Below, piece by piece: positions 9,813-19,094 of a DNA stretch of 64,000 nt. The DNA comes from Candidatus Poribacteria bacterium (GTDB lineage: Bacteria > Poribacteria > WGA-4E > WGA-3G): the NCBI GenBank assembly GCA_022819945.1, contig JAJEGI010000015.1, positions 11,807-75,806 of the forward strand, written 5' to 3'. Numbering within the stretch: the stretch's first letter is position 1; each line of letters begins with the position of its first letter. The translations under genes and the position numbers were made by a program. The notes beneath the pieces were generated by a model. The model searched no databases. It saw only the letters and a program-made list of their open reading frames with translations, and was not told where the DNA came from.

Positions 9813-12476
9813 CTAAAAGAGTTGTCCTTGTCGTATGTCCTCTCTGACCTTTTCACGTCCGGCAAGGAAACCGTCCAGTAGTTTTTTCTCTCTATTTTCA
9901 ATCGGTAGTGTTTCAGAAATGGCTTGCGCGACCCGATAGAACGCCTCGCTGTCTCCATAGCTGCTGTCCCTAAGCACGCGAAGCATTTCATCACGTTGTC
10001 CCTTTTCCCACAGTAATAGGGCCTTGTGCAGGATGTCTATTAACTCTTTAGTATTAGAAAGATCATCAAGCACTCGCGTTTGCGGTCCGAGGACTCGAAT
10101 AAATTGCTTCTCTTTCTTGATAAAACTGCTCCCACCCCACTCTTGTGCAAGGTCAACCCCACAGGATTGTGCTAACTTTCGCGCTTCATCAAACGGGACG
10201 CGCGCTTCGCGATATTCCCATCTCCAGAGGACATAGAAGCGAGTAAGATCGGAAATTTCACCGGCGAACCCGTTGTGCAAAATTTGTCTCACGGCGTAAT
10301 CGGTGGCGATCTCCCGCACATCGTCAAGCAGGCGATCGGCGCGAATTACCTCTCCTTCAAAATCAATAACCTTCTCGTATTTACCGAAAACCTCAATAGC
10401 AGAACCAATAGCGGCAATAAAGAAATCCGCGCCGCTTAGACCTTCCTCCCAAAGACGGTGGAGCTTAGCGTTGAGATGCGTTGTTATTTCTTCTTTAACT
10501 TCATTGTAGAAACCTGTCGGTTGACGTTCCATTTTCCGGGCAACAATATAGATGGAGGAAGCAAGAGCTGCGGATTCATTAGCCGTAAGTCGTGTAACCA
10601 TTTCGGTACGTAGAGGCCAAGCACCTGTCATAATGAGACCAGAATCCAGCAAAGAGTTAATCAAAGTTTCCCATCCTTCTGTGGACTTGTGGGCATAGAC
10701 AATAATAGTCACGCCGTTAGGATTTAACACACGATAGATTTCCTGAAAGGATTGCTTGAGATTTTCCTCAAAGAAGCCCTTGTCTTTGTGTGCATATCTC
10801 CTCGAATCCCACCCCGCCATTTCTGTAATTTCCTGATTTTTCGGAGCAAGAGGGGTCGAAAAAAGTTCTGGGTACAAATCACCAACTGTTCTTTTAAGCC
10901 AAACATAGAAAAAATCGGATAAATCCGCGTATGGAACGCTATTGTAATATGGTGGATCGGTAAAGACCGCATCAAAGAATTCATCAGGATACGCAATATC
11001 AGTAGCAGAAAAGTGAGAGATCACGGCATTTTGTGGGAAAAGCGTTGAACTTAACTGTGAAATAATTTCGGTAGCAATTTCAACTTGACTTAACCAATTT
11101 CCTGTTAAAGTGCCATACGGGTTTTGCTCTGAATAATCAAAAACCATTGGGAGTGCTTGCCTCCCAAAAACATTGAAACTTCTTTCTCCTAAAGGTTCCC
11201 ACCAACAGGAAGTCGAATTATAACTTGAATGCCGGCTTAATATTAGAGCCAAGTAACTCACCACTGCCTTCGCATACTCTACATCAACGTCTTCTGCTAC
11301 TAATTTTTGATATACCGCTTTCACTTTCTCCACAAATGTAATCAACGCTAACTTTTGTCTTGCATTAAAGAGATCTCCCCAAGTATTTATTCCGTAAATA
11401 GCAACATTAAATACTCCACTCATTAAAGGGAGCTCTTCATCAGGTACCGGATTCATACCCCACTCCAACGTCAACTGTTCCTGTTTTTCTGCAAGGCACG
11501 CTTTTGCAGACTTAAAAACAACAAAATCAGCCTCCGTTGCCACGCGATAGTGCTTATCCCTCGTCCCCGGCTTTTGCATGACAACAGCAACCATTCGTTG
11601 TCCTGCTTTCCCTTGTTGAAATAGTTTTCGTGTTGTTTTCGCCTCTATCGGTCTACCACAGATAGGACAAACTGCCACAGCACGTGAGATGCTGCCTATC
11701 TTCGGGTCAAAATCATTAGGTATCCGTTCGTACCCGTCACCAACAATCTTGAACTTGATATTCTTGTCTTGAGGATAAGGGTAAAGTGCAACCTTCTTTC
11801 GTGTCTTGTTTGCCAGCCAGAATTGTTTCATCAGCGGAATTTCTGCCCCACATGAAGGGTTTTGGCACGGAATTGTTCTTGCCCAAATATAACCTACTGG
11901 AATTGAACCATCTTTCTCCTCACGATAAAATTTGCCTAATTCTTTCTTCGCTTCTACAAGGACCCAGTTTCCCCATTTTTTAACATCTTCCGATAAAGTT
12001 ATTTCCGTTGTTGCGCTAAGTGAACTACCGTACTTTTGCGGGTATTCCAATGTACATTTCTGAATTAGAACAGCTACAGGATTGAGATCGTTGGAATAAG
12101 TTTCGCACCCAAGCCGAAGTGTCTCCAGAGGAATTGCACCGCCTCCACCAAAAGGATCCAGAACCTTCGGTGGGATACCGTCGTTCGCTTCAAGGATCTC
12201 CCTCTGTGCTTTTTTAAGCAGATGGGGATTTAGAGAATTTTCCCATTTTGAAAGGTTTATAATAAACTCTCGTTTCCGACTCCATTCATCAGTATCTTGT
12301 GAAGGTGGTACAAGGGCAGCATAGGCGGTTGCACGTGATGCAGCAAGCGGACGTCGCGCCCACCAGATATGGAGCGTAGAGATATGTCCACGCCGTATGT
12401 TTTTCTCATGGACGGATTCAGCGGAAACTTCTTTGACAGGAAAGGTTTCTTCAATGAGGCGTTTGTCTTCGTTCAT
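9813..12476 (-). CDS. DUF1156-family DNA methyltransferase, paralogue b (888 aa from the Met aligned with paralogue a; the ORF-track start at 12578 is probably an upstream in-frame extension)
   Basis: 'MNEDKRLIEETFPV' aligns with the paralogue-a N-terminus; 'HIWWARRPL', 'LDPFGGGGAIPLETLRLG', 'FTDPPYYNSVPY' motifs. 3-nt gap to the mntA start. Confidence 0.85.
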   Translation of the reverse strand: MNEDKRLIEETFPVKEVSAESVHEKNIRRGHISTLHIWWARRPLAASRATAYAALVPPSQDTDEWSRKREFIINLSKWENSLNPHLLKKAQREILEANDGIPPKVLDPFGGGGAIPLETLRLGCETYSNDLNPVAVLIQKCTLEYPQKYGSSLSATTEITLSEDVKKWGNWVLVEAKKELGKFYREEKDGSIPVGYIWARTIPCQNPSCGAEIPLMKQFWLANKTRKKVALYPYPQDKNIKFKIVGDGYERIPNDFDPKIGSISRAVAVCPICGRPIEAKTTRKLFQQGKAGQRMVAVVMQKPGTRDKHYRVATEADFVVFKSAKACLAEKQEQLTLEWGMNPVPDEELPLMSGVFNVAIYGINTWGDLFNARQKLALITFVEKVKAVYQKLVAEDVDVEYAKAVVSYLALILSRHSSYNSTSCWWEPLGERSFNVFGRQALPMVFDYSEQNPYGTLTGNWLSQVEIATEIISQLSSTLFPQNAVISHFSATDIAYPDEFFDAVFTDPPYYNSVPYADLSDFFYVWLKRTVGDLYPELFSTPLAPKNQEITEMAGWDSRRYAHKDKGFFEENLKQSFQEIYRVLNPNGVTIIVYAHKSTEGWETLINSLLDSGLIMTGAWPLRTEMVTRLTANESAALASSIYIVARKMERQPTGFYNEVKEEITTHLNAKLHRLWEEGLSGADFFIAAIGSAIEVFGKYEKVIDFEGEVIRADRLLDDVREIATDYAVRQILHNGFAGEISDLTRFYVLWRWEYREARVPFDEARKLAQSCGVDLAQEWGGSSFIKKEKQFIRVLGPQTRVLDDLSNTKELIDILHKALLLWEKGQRDEMLRVLRDSSYGDSEAFYRVAQAISETLPIENREKKLLDGFLAGREKVREDIRQGQLF

Positions 12477-12706
12477 GCAGTATCCTTTTTGTGAAGGTTT
12501 GGTCGTTTTTTCGACTCCCCTATTCAAAACTATAGGTTTGTGACGTGGCAATACAACTGAGGATTTATAGCATATCAAAGATGTATGAAGATTTCAATGC
12601 AATTGTCGGAGAACGCATATAATGTTGCATCCTTGACGTGCGATAAATCGCACTACTACGAACCGATAAGCGCGTTATTCCAAGACTGTTTTTATCAAGG
12701 CCTGGT

Positions 12707-14716
12707 TTATGTTTCACCAAAAGCCTCGCGAATTTTTTGGAAAAGTCTGATGGTCTTCTCCTTCGTCTCACCGGGTAGCTCGCTGGCATCTTGCATATTG
12801 CTAAGTTTGTTTCGCAATCGCTTTGCTATCGATCCCTTATTTGCCGTTATATCCTTTTCTTCCAGAAAACTCTCAATTCTTTTCCAAAGCACACCCTCAC
12901 CTTGCAACGTAAAGTCATCTACGCCAGCATGCGCAAGTTCTCTACTATAAGTTTCCTTAATAATTGCTTTCATAAAGTCTTCAGTAAAAATATCTTCAAG
13001 TTCAAAATCACCACTGGCACCTATAGCATCGCCTAGCAAAATGGCTTCAGTGTGAGATTCTGTATACTGCGTAAGCCACTTCTTAACCAATTTATCTTTA
13101 GCGCGTCGCCCCTCATCGTCAGAATCAAACAAAGCAACTACGTTAAGACGCTGACCAATCATAAGAGTAGCAACATGAACGGCTTCAGAAGCACTTGTTC
13201 CTGGTGTGATGCGGACATCTTCTGGCAGGCCTTCCTCTTCAATTCGTTTTAACCAATTTGACAATCCTGCTAGAATATAGTAGTCATGAACGCCCTCCAC
13301 AACAAGATTGCGATCAGCGATCAGAAGACTCTGTGAGGCATCCATCCCTAACGCTGCTTGAAGCACAAACTTTGCTTCTGGTGGGCTTTCGACAAGGTCT
13401 GTTGTTACAACGATGCCGTTATCTGTTTCCTTTAGCACTCGAATTCGGTCTGGATGATTCAAATCAATCATGAAGGGAAGATGTGTTGTATAGAGAAGTA
13501 TATTTCCCTTAGCATAGTATTCAAGCCGATCAAGTAAGTCTTTCTGTGCTTCTGGATGAAGGTGGAGTCCGGGTTCATCCAAAAGAACAACACAACCTTC
13601 AAACGTCCCTTCACTTTCGTGCATGAACATGAGGTCAAATGAGAAAAACCATTGAAATCCTTTGGATCTCTCCTCCAATTCAATGAGGGCTTCATCAAGA
13701 TCATCCTTTAGAAAAGTAAAGAAATCCTGATTATCAACATCATATTCAACTTCATAATTGCGTTGACGAAATCGATCTGAGATTAAGTTTGTTAGAGTGC
13801 TCCCACCGTCAGCAAGATCAAATTGTCGTTGCTTACGGGTTTCTGCATCGCCCTGTCCAAGCTGAATCAAGTTATTTAGATCAAGCCCTGATAAGTTAAG
13901 GATTGTGAGAAAGGTCTTGTCTTCTTCCGTCAAACGATTGTTATTTTGACGAGATTGAATCTCATCAAGTTGTGCAGCCCCGCTAAATGCTTTATAATCG
14001 TCCATGTAGATAAATGTGGGCAAATGATCAGTAATATATTCATGAATTTTTGATTGAATAGAGGGTAATGGTTCAAGCGTATGAACAAGCTGTGCAAGAC
14101 CTGCAATGTACGCGCTGATAAAGTTGTTCTCAATTTGCTGTGGGGGTTCCGATGGCGATAGGACCTCTTGCAACAACATTTGGTGCTTTTGAGCTAATCC
14201 TCTTAAATCGGTGAATCGACCTTCATGTGCAAAACGTCTCACTTCTTTGAGGCATTCATCAGCACGTTGTTTGAATGGAACCCCAAAATCACTTTGAACC
14301 TGTGGTAGAACACTACAAGCATTATTAACATCGTTAGGATCTGGTTTATCCGAGAAAATCTCATCCTCAAAGTCTATAACTAATTGCCCTGCATAATTCC
14401 GGGACACTTCTATGGTATCAGGGAATATCGCATTCTCAGCAATCTGGGTGAGTTCGGATTTTTCTTGATCTGAAAGTCGAAACTTTGCCCGGCAAACCTC
14501 TTGCTCTTCGCTTTGTTCTTGCCGTCGGCCGCGTGGCCATTCCTTCCTCATAACATAAGGCTCGGGGGTGTAAGGATTAAGCTTATGAAGTGCTTTCAGA
14601 AGGGAGGTTTTTCCCGATTCATTTTTGCCAACGAGTACCGTTAGTGGATTCACTTCGACCCATCCAGAGTCAAGGATCCCTTTGTACATAGTAACACGAA
14701 AAGAAATCAAGTCCAT
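12707..14716 (-). CDS. OLD-family ATP-dependent endonuclease (ABC ATPase + Toprim), 669 aa
   Basis: Walker A 'LVGKNESGKTSLLKAL'; 'VVLLDEPGLHLHPEAQ' ABC signature/Walker B typical of AAA_21/OLD; C-terminal Toprim 'LVVEGVHDYYIL' and 'LFDSDDEGR'. Confidence 0.8.
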   Translation of the reverse strand: MDLISFRVTMYKGILDSGWVEVNPLTVLVGKNESGKTSLLKALHKLNPYTPEPYVMRKEWPRGRRQEQSEEQEVCRAKFRLSDQEKSELTQIAENAIFPDTIEVSRNYAGQLVIDFEDEIFSDKPDPNDVNNACSVLPQVQSDFGVPFKQRADECLKEVRRFAHEGRFTDLRGLAQKHQMLLQEVLSPSEPPQQIENNFISAYIAGLAQLVHTLEPLPSIQSKIHEYITDHLPTFIYMDDYKAFSGAAQLDEIQSRQNNNRLTEEDKTFLTILNLSGLDLNNLIQLGQGDAETRKQRQFDLADGGSTLTNLISDRFRQRNYEVEYDVDNQDFFTFLKDDLDEALIELEERSKGFQWFFSFDLMFMHESEGTFEGCVVLLDEPGLHLHPEAQKDLLDRLEYYAKGNILLYTTHLPFMIDLNHPDRIRVLKETDNGIVVTTDLVESPPEAKFVLQAALGMDASQSLLIADRNLVVEGVHDYYILAGLSNWLKRIEEEGLPEDVRITPGTSASEAVHVATLMIGQRLNVVALFDSDDEGRRAKDKLVKKWLTQYTESHTEAILLGDAIGASGDFELEDIFTEDFMKAIIKETYSRELAHAGVDDFTLQGEGVLWKRIESFLEEKDITANKGSIAKRLRNKLSNMQDASELPGETKEKTIRLFQKIREAFGET

Positions 14717-14774
14717 AGTAAAGTACGAAACCTCTTAAATTGATTGGTATTGTCTTGACACATCCTATATGATG

Positions 14775-17700
14775 TCACAGTATATTGCTTTCCCCAGAAT
14801 ACTTTACACTTTTTTCCCGAATTTCATTCAAAGAAATCTGATACCGAACTGCTTCAATCTTTTCCTCCGGTTGTGTATGTTCAGCTGGATTCTGAATGAT
14901 ATGGAGTTCAGGCTTCTGGGTTGCAGCATTGAGAACAACATAGAGGAAATAGTCAGATTGAAACTGCTGTGCTTTGAACCACTCGTTTTGTGTCAGAACC
15001 ACCGAACCATATCCAGCCCGGGCTTTGACTTCAATATAGCGTTTGACACCTGTCGAGTCGGTTGAACGGACATCAAAACCGAGATTTTCAGCAGCGACAT
15101 CTTCAGGAACACGCCCGTGTTCACACTCGTAACGCATTGTTACTTCCATACCAATCTGCTCAATTTGCGGGTCGCTTTTCATTGCTGTGTCGGTAACTGA
15201 ACTCGGAATTACTCGAATTGCAGAAACAAAATTGGGCGTACTCATTGTGAGAAGACGTTCTTGAGCGATAGTTTCCTCCAATTTTTTTAAAGCATCCTCA
15301 TAACCCTGTTTCTGTTCCTCTTTGTTACGTATAATCCGATCAACCTTATCGCCTGCATCTCGGCGGGTATAGAGATGAATTAGATCGCTATCCAGCTCAA
15401 GGCAGAGATGCTCAAGCGAAGTGCGTCCGTATTTCTCTTTAATTTCTGTCTGCCGTTTGCGTTCAACCTCAAGTTCAGCTTTGTAACCTTCAAGTCCAGG
15501 CATCAATTTTGCCATGACAAGTCCTTTCAAGGTTTCAATATCTTCTGATAGGACTTGCTGTGTGCTTTCTGCTATATCCCAAATTATCTTCGGATCTATG
15601 GGTTCAACTGTTACTGTATCAGGTTGCACGTAGAAGGCAAACAGACGCACGCCAGCAATCTGACCTAAACCGTCGCGGATCTCACCCTCATAGAACAGAA
15701 TCACACCATCCATTTTCCCATCCGGGTCTTCAAAGACTGCTCCCTGTTTTAGACAATCAGAAAGTTCGCTTCCAACCCATTGGAGAACAGCTTCAAATAG
15801 CGGGTGACCAAAAGAGATGAATTCCGCATCGGGGTTTTTAAAGGCAAGTTCTTTATCGAAAGTGGCTTTCGGATAGGTTTTCAATATAGAACCGTGTTTC
15901 CGTTTAAATTCCACCACTTCAGCAATTCGTCGGATCTGGATCGGGATCCTTTCAATCGTAAGAAACTTATCTCTACGGTCATGCAATCTACCTTTGAGCT
16001 CAGCAAAGGCTTTTCGGAAAAAGGCTTCGGTATATTCTGGGATGAGTCGCTGTTCGCGGGCGCGCTCTGCCATTTCGCGAATGCGGGTGTAATCAATATA
16101 ATGGGTTGCGAGGCTTTCCGCCAAGTTCTCTTTGACCTGCGTAATGTATGCCTCATCTACCTCAATGTCAATTTCTGCAAGAATTTCATCAATTCCTTTT
16201 GCAGAAGCTGCTGCTTGCAATAAAAGTTGAGAGAGATTCACACCATAGAGTACTTCGTTCAGGACATCAAAAACCTTATCGCTACCTAAAGCGGTTTGGA
16301 TCTCTCTAATCTTCTTGAAAAGGGCAGTCAATACCATCCCTTCTCGTGTATCTTCGGCCACAAGGTTTACCACGAAGCACTCTTTAGTTTGTCCATACCG
16401 ATGGATACGTCCCATCCGTTGCTCCAAGCGATTAGGGTTCCAAGGCAAGTCATAATTAATCATAAGGTGACAGAACTGAAGGTTAATTCCCTCGCCAGCG
16501 GCTTCGGTAGCGATTAAAATCCGCGTTCGATTTTTGAATTCGTTTTCAGCTGCAATCCGTTCCTCAAGTTTCATGCCCCCGTGAATAACCGTAACGGTAT
16601 AACCCCAGGCCTCCATTTTATCCTGAAGGTATGACAACGTATCCCGAGATTCCGTGAAAATGAGAATTTTTTCACCAGAGAAATCGGCCTCAAGATCGTC
16701 AAGCGTTTTTCTCAACTCCCGCACCTTAATTTCGGCTTCGCTTGTAATAATCTCCTGTGCTGCTTCTGAGAGTGCTTCAAGGGTTTCGATTTCACGTCTG
16801 AGTTCTTCCCGATTCTCTGCCACGGAAAGTGTTTCCCAAATTTCTTCCTCTTTCCATCTGTCCTCTTCACTCAAATCATCAATTGTTTCAAAATCAATCG
16901 TGCCAATAGAAGCCTTCCTTTCTACTACACCCTCTAACAATTCCTGAAGACGAGCTTTTCGACGCATAAGTGAGTTGCGTAACGCATAAGTGCTGGATGC
17001 CAACCGCCTCTGTAAAATTACAAGTGCGAACGCTACATTATTCTTTTTATCTTTTGTCAAGGCCTTATTGTACTGGGTATTGACATAATCAGAGAGTTCG
17101 TTGTAGAGCTCTTTCTCTTTTGGTGAGTCAACGCCGAGATCAAATGAGAGTGTATCAACGTGTCGAGGGAGAAACAACGGTTTGCCTTCAAAATCTTTCA
17201 AATCTTCCTTGACACGTCGAAGGAAAAGCGGATTATCTCTTGCTGTAATAGATTCACTCAGCATCTGGCTTGTTGCAAAAAAACCTGGCTCAAGAAGATC
17301 TAAGAATAATCTGAAATTCTCGGGATCGCCTTTGTGTGGTGTGGCAGTAAGAAACAAGAGATGGGTTGAAATTCTGGAGAGCGTTTCTCCCAATTCATAC
17401 CGACTGGTTTTTTTCAACTTATTTCCGTACTGGTAAGCTGCCATTTTGTGTGCTTCGTCCACAATGACCAGATCCCACTGAGACGATTCAATCAAGGCTT
17501 TAATATCATCTCGTTTGGCAAAATCAACGGACGTAATTAAATGTGATTCACGTGTCCAAACGTTTTCACCCGGTTGCGCTAAGAGAACTGCCCGATCCAT
17601 TATAAGAAAACTTTCCTCAAACCGCTCTTTCAGTTCCCTCCGCCACTGGTCCTTAAGATGTCCTGGGACGACAATCAGTACGCGGCTAATGAGATGCCTA

Positions 17701-18125
17701 AGTTTGAGCTCCTTAATGATAAGTCCCGCCATAATCGTTTTCCCCGCACCCGGATCATCAGCAATAAGAAAACGGATTCGCGGTAATTTGAGAACATGTC
17801 CGTAGACGGCATCTACTTGATGTGGCAAGGGATCTACCTTAGAAGCGTTTACAGCAAAAAGTGAATCGTAGCGTGCAGCATATCGGTATCGCAGTGCTTC
17901 AAGACTGAGAAAAACGTGGCGTGCCTCTGCCGTAAAATTCGGCGTGAGTTTTAGCGATTCTAATGCATTTACTTCGTCTTTATGGAGAAGTTGGTCGATA
18001 TGTGTTCGCGAATTGATGGTAGACCCGATTAGTTGGACATATTCGCCAATTTCTTTGAGAAGATCAATTTTTACAAGCTCGGGCCATCGGTCAGACTTTA
18101 TAGTGTCCCCACTTTTTATATTCAT
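14775..18125 (-). CDS. SNF2-family DEAH helicase with C-terminal DUF3883 (NO VEIN-C/REase-like) domain, 1116 aa
   Basis: Motif I 'DDPGAGKT', motif II 'VIVDEAHK', helicase-C motifs ('ATEAAGEGINLQ', 'YDLPWNP', 'QRMGRIHRYGQ'); last ~110 aa ('YIEVKARAGYGSVVLTQNEW...YFLYVV') resemble DUF3883. Confidence 0.85.
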   Translation of the reverse strand: MNIKSGDTIKSDRWPELVKIDLLKEIGEYVQLIGSTINSRTHIDQLLHKDEVNALESLKLTPNFTAEARHVFLSLEALRYRYAARYDSLFAVNASKVDPLPHQVDAVYGHVLKLPRIRFLIADDPGAGKTIMAGLIIKELKLRHLISRVLIVVPGHLKDQWRRELKERFEESFLIMDRAVLLAQPGENVWTRESHLITSVDFAKRDDIKALIESSQWDLVIVDEAHKMAAYQYGNKLKKTSRYELGETLSRISTHLLFLTATPHKGDPENFRLFLDLLEPGFFATSQMLSESITARDNPLFLRRVKEDLKDFEGKPLFLPRHVDTLSFDLGVDSPKEKELYNELSDYVNTQYNKALTKDKKNNVAFALVILQRRLASSTYALRNSLMRRKARLQELLEGVVERKASIGTIDFETIDDLSEEDRWKEEEIWETLSVAENREELRREIETLEALSEAAQEIITSEAEIKVRELRKTLDDLEADFSGEKILIFTESRDTLSYLQDKMEAWGYTVTVIHGGMKLEERIAAENEFKNRTRILIATEAAGEGINLQFCHLMINYDLPWNPNRLEQRMGRIHRYGQTKECFVVNLVAEDTREGMVLTALFKKIREIQTALGSDKVFDVLNEVLYGVNLSQLLLQAAASAKGIDEILAEIDIEVDEAYITQVKENLAESLATHYIDYTRIREMAERAREQRLIPEYTEAFFRKAFAELKGRLHDRRDKFLTIERIPIQIRRIAEVVEFKRKHGSILKTYPKATFDKELAFKNPDAEFISFGHPLFEAVLQWVGSELSDCLKQGAVFEDPDGKMDGVILFYEGEIRDGLGQIAGVRLFAFYVQPDTVTVEPIDPKIIWDIAESTQQVLSEDIETLKGLVMAKLMPGLEGYKAELEVERKRQTEIKEKYGRTSLEHLCLELDSDLIHLYTRRDAGDKVDRIIRNKEEQKQGYEDALKKLEETIAQERLLTMSTPNFVSAIRVIPSSVTDTAMKSDPQIEQIGMEVTMRYECEHGRVPEDVAAENLGFDVRSTDSTGVKRYIEVKARAGYGSVVLTQNEWFKAQQFQSDYFLYVVLNAATQKPELHIIQNPAEHTQPEEKIEAVRYQISLNEIREKSVKYSGESNIL

Positions 18126-18262
18126 ACGTATTTGTTCCTTACATAACTTCCTTAGTCCAGTTTTGATTCAGATACCTTTAACATTGTAAATTACCTTGAA
18201 ATTTAAAGCAATTCTTTATACTATATCTTGCAAGGAAACGATACCTCTATTCCGCATGAGGC

Positions 18263-19078
18263 ATGGACATGACACCGAAACAGAAATACCTCTTTGACCT
18301 ACGTGGCTACCTGCATTTAGAGAACGTCCTGACACCAGTAGAACTTAGGAATACACAAGCAGCGATTGAACGGCTTGTGCAAGCATCGCCAGATGAATTA
18401 CCGCCTGGGATTCGTCGCGGAGGTGAGGGGTTTTCAAACGGATTCTCAGCGGATAAATCACTTGAAGCATTGACACTGCACCCTACCACATGGCCCATCA
18501 TCAAGGAGTTGACCTTTAATAAACCGCGTTTCAATCGTGGGTCGCTTGTTGTCAATACACACGAACGACAGGAGATGACACCGCTCCATTGTGCGGGTGA
18601 GGGGTTCCGCTGGACGCGACGGTATGATGTCAAAAACGATCGGATCTTCACGAACGACATCGTTGTTTTCTTCTATTTCACGGATGTCTATCCGGGGGAC
18701 GGCGGTTTGATCGTTTTGCCGGGTTCGCATAAACGCAATTTTAAGCGTCCGAAAAACTTGTTTTTCCCTGAACCTGACAATCCAGAGGCTCCGCTCCATC
18801 CGGCTATCGTCAATGTGACACCGAAAGCCGGAGATGTTGTGATTATCACCGAGATGTTGACACACGGTGTGTTGGTATGGAAACCGCAAGACCGCGATCG
18901 GCGATTCCTGATTTTGCGGTATAAGACGCAGTTCTTTCAGGATGATCGCGGTATCCGAGAACTCTTTCCCCCAGAAGTGATGGAACGACTCTCTCCAGAG
19001 ACAAAAGCGTTGGCGGCTTACGCAGCCGAGTGGGAAGAGAAGGAACTTGTCAAACAGGACAATGTAACGTTGACGTAA
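18263..19078 (+). CDS. phytanoyl-CoA dioxygenase (PhyH)-family Fe(II)/2OG oxygenase
   Basis: 271 aa; PhyH-like N-terminus ('FDLRGYLHLENVL') and double-stranded beta-helix motifs ('LPGSHK'). Confidence 0.65.
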   Translation: MDMTPKQKYLFDLRGYLHLENVLTPVELRNTQAAIERLVQASPDELPPGIRRGGEGFSNGFSADKSLEALTLHPTTWPIIKELTFNKPRFNRGSLVVNTHERQEMTPLHCAGEGFRWTRRYDVKNDRIFTNDIVVFFYFTDVYPGDGGLIVLPGSHKRNFKRPKNLFFPEPDNPEAPLHPAIVNVTPKAGDVVIITEMLTHGVLVWKPQDRDRRFLILRYKTQFFQDDRGIRELFPPEVMERLSPETKALAAYAAEWEEKELVKQDNVTLT

Positions 19079-19094
19079 TCAGGTTAATACTGCA

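Noticed and set aside
9813-12578. ORF-track start at 12578 giving a 921-aa MTase-b
   Set aside because: The first 34 codons have no counterpart in paralogue a. The Met at 12476 ('MNEDKRLIEETFPV') aligns with the paralogue-a start, so 12476 is the more likely start.
12565-12950. ORFs 12565..12789(-) and 12585..12950(+) in or near the OLD/MTase-b intergenic region
   Set aside because: They overlap the 3' end of the well-supported OLD gene or lie in an intergenic leader, with no recognisable domains. Likely spurious.
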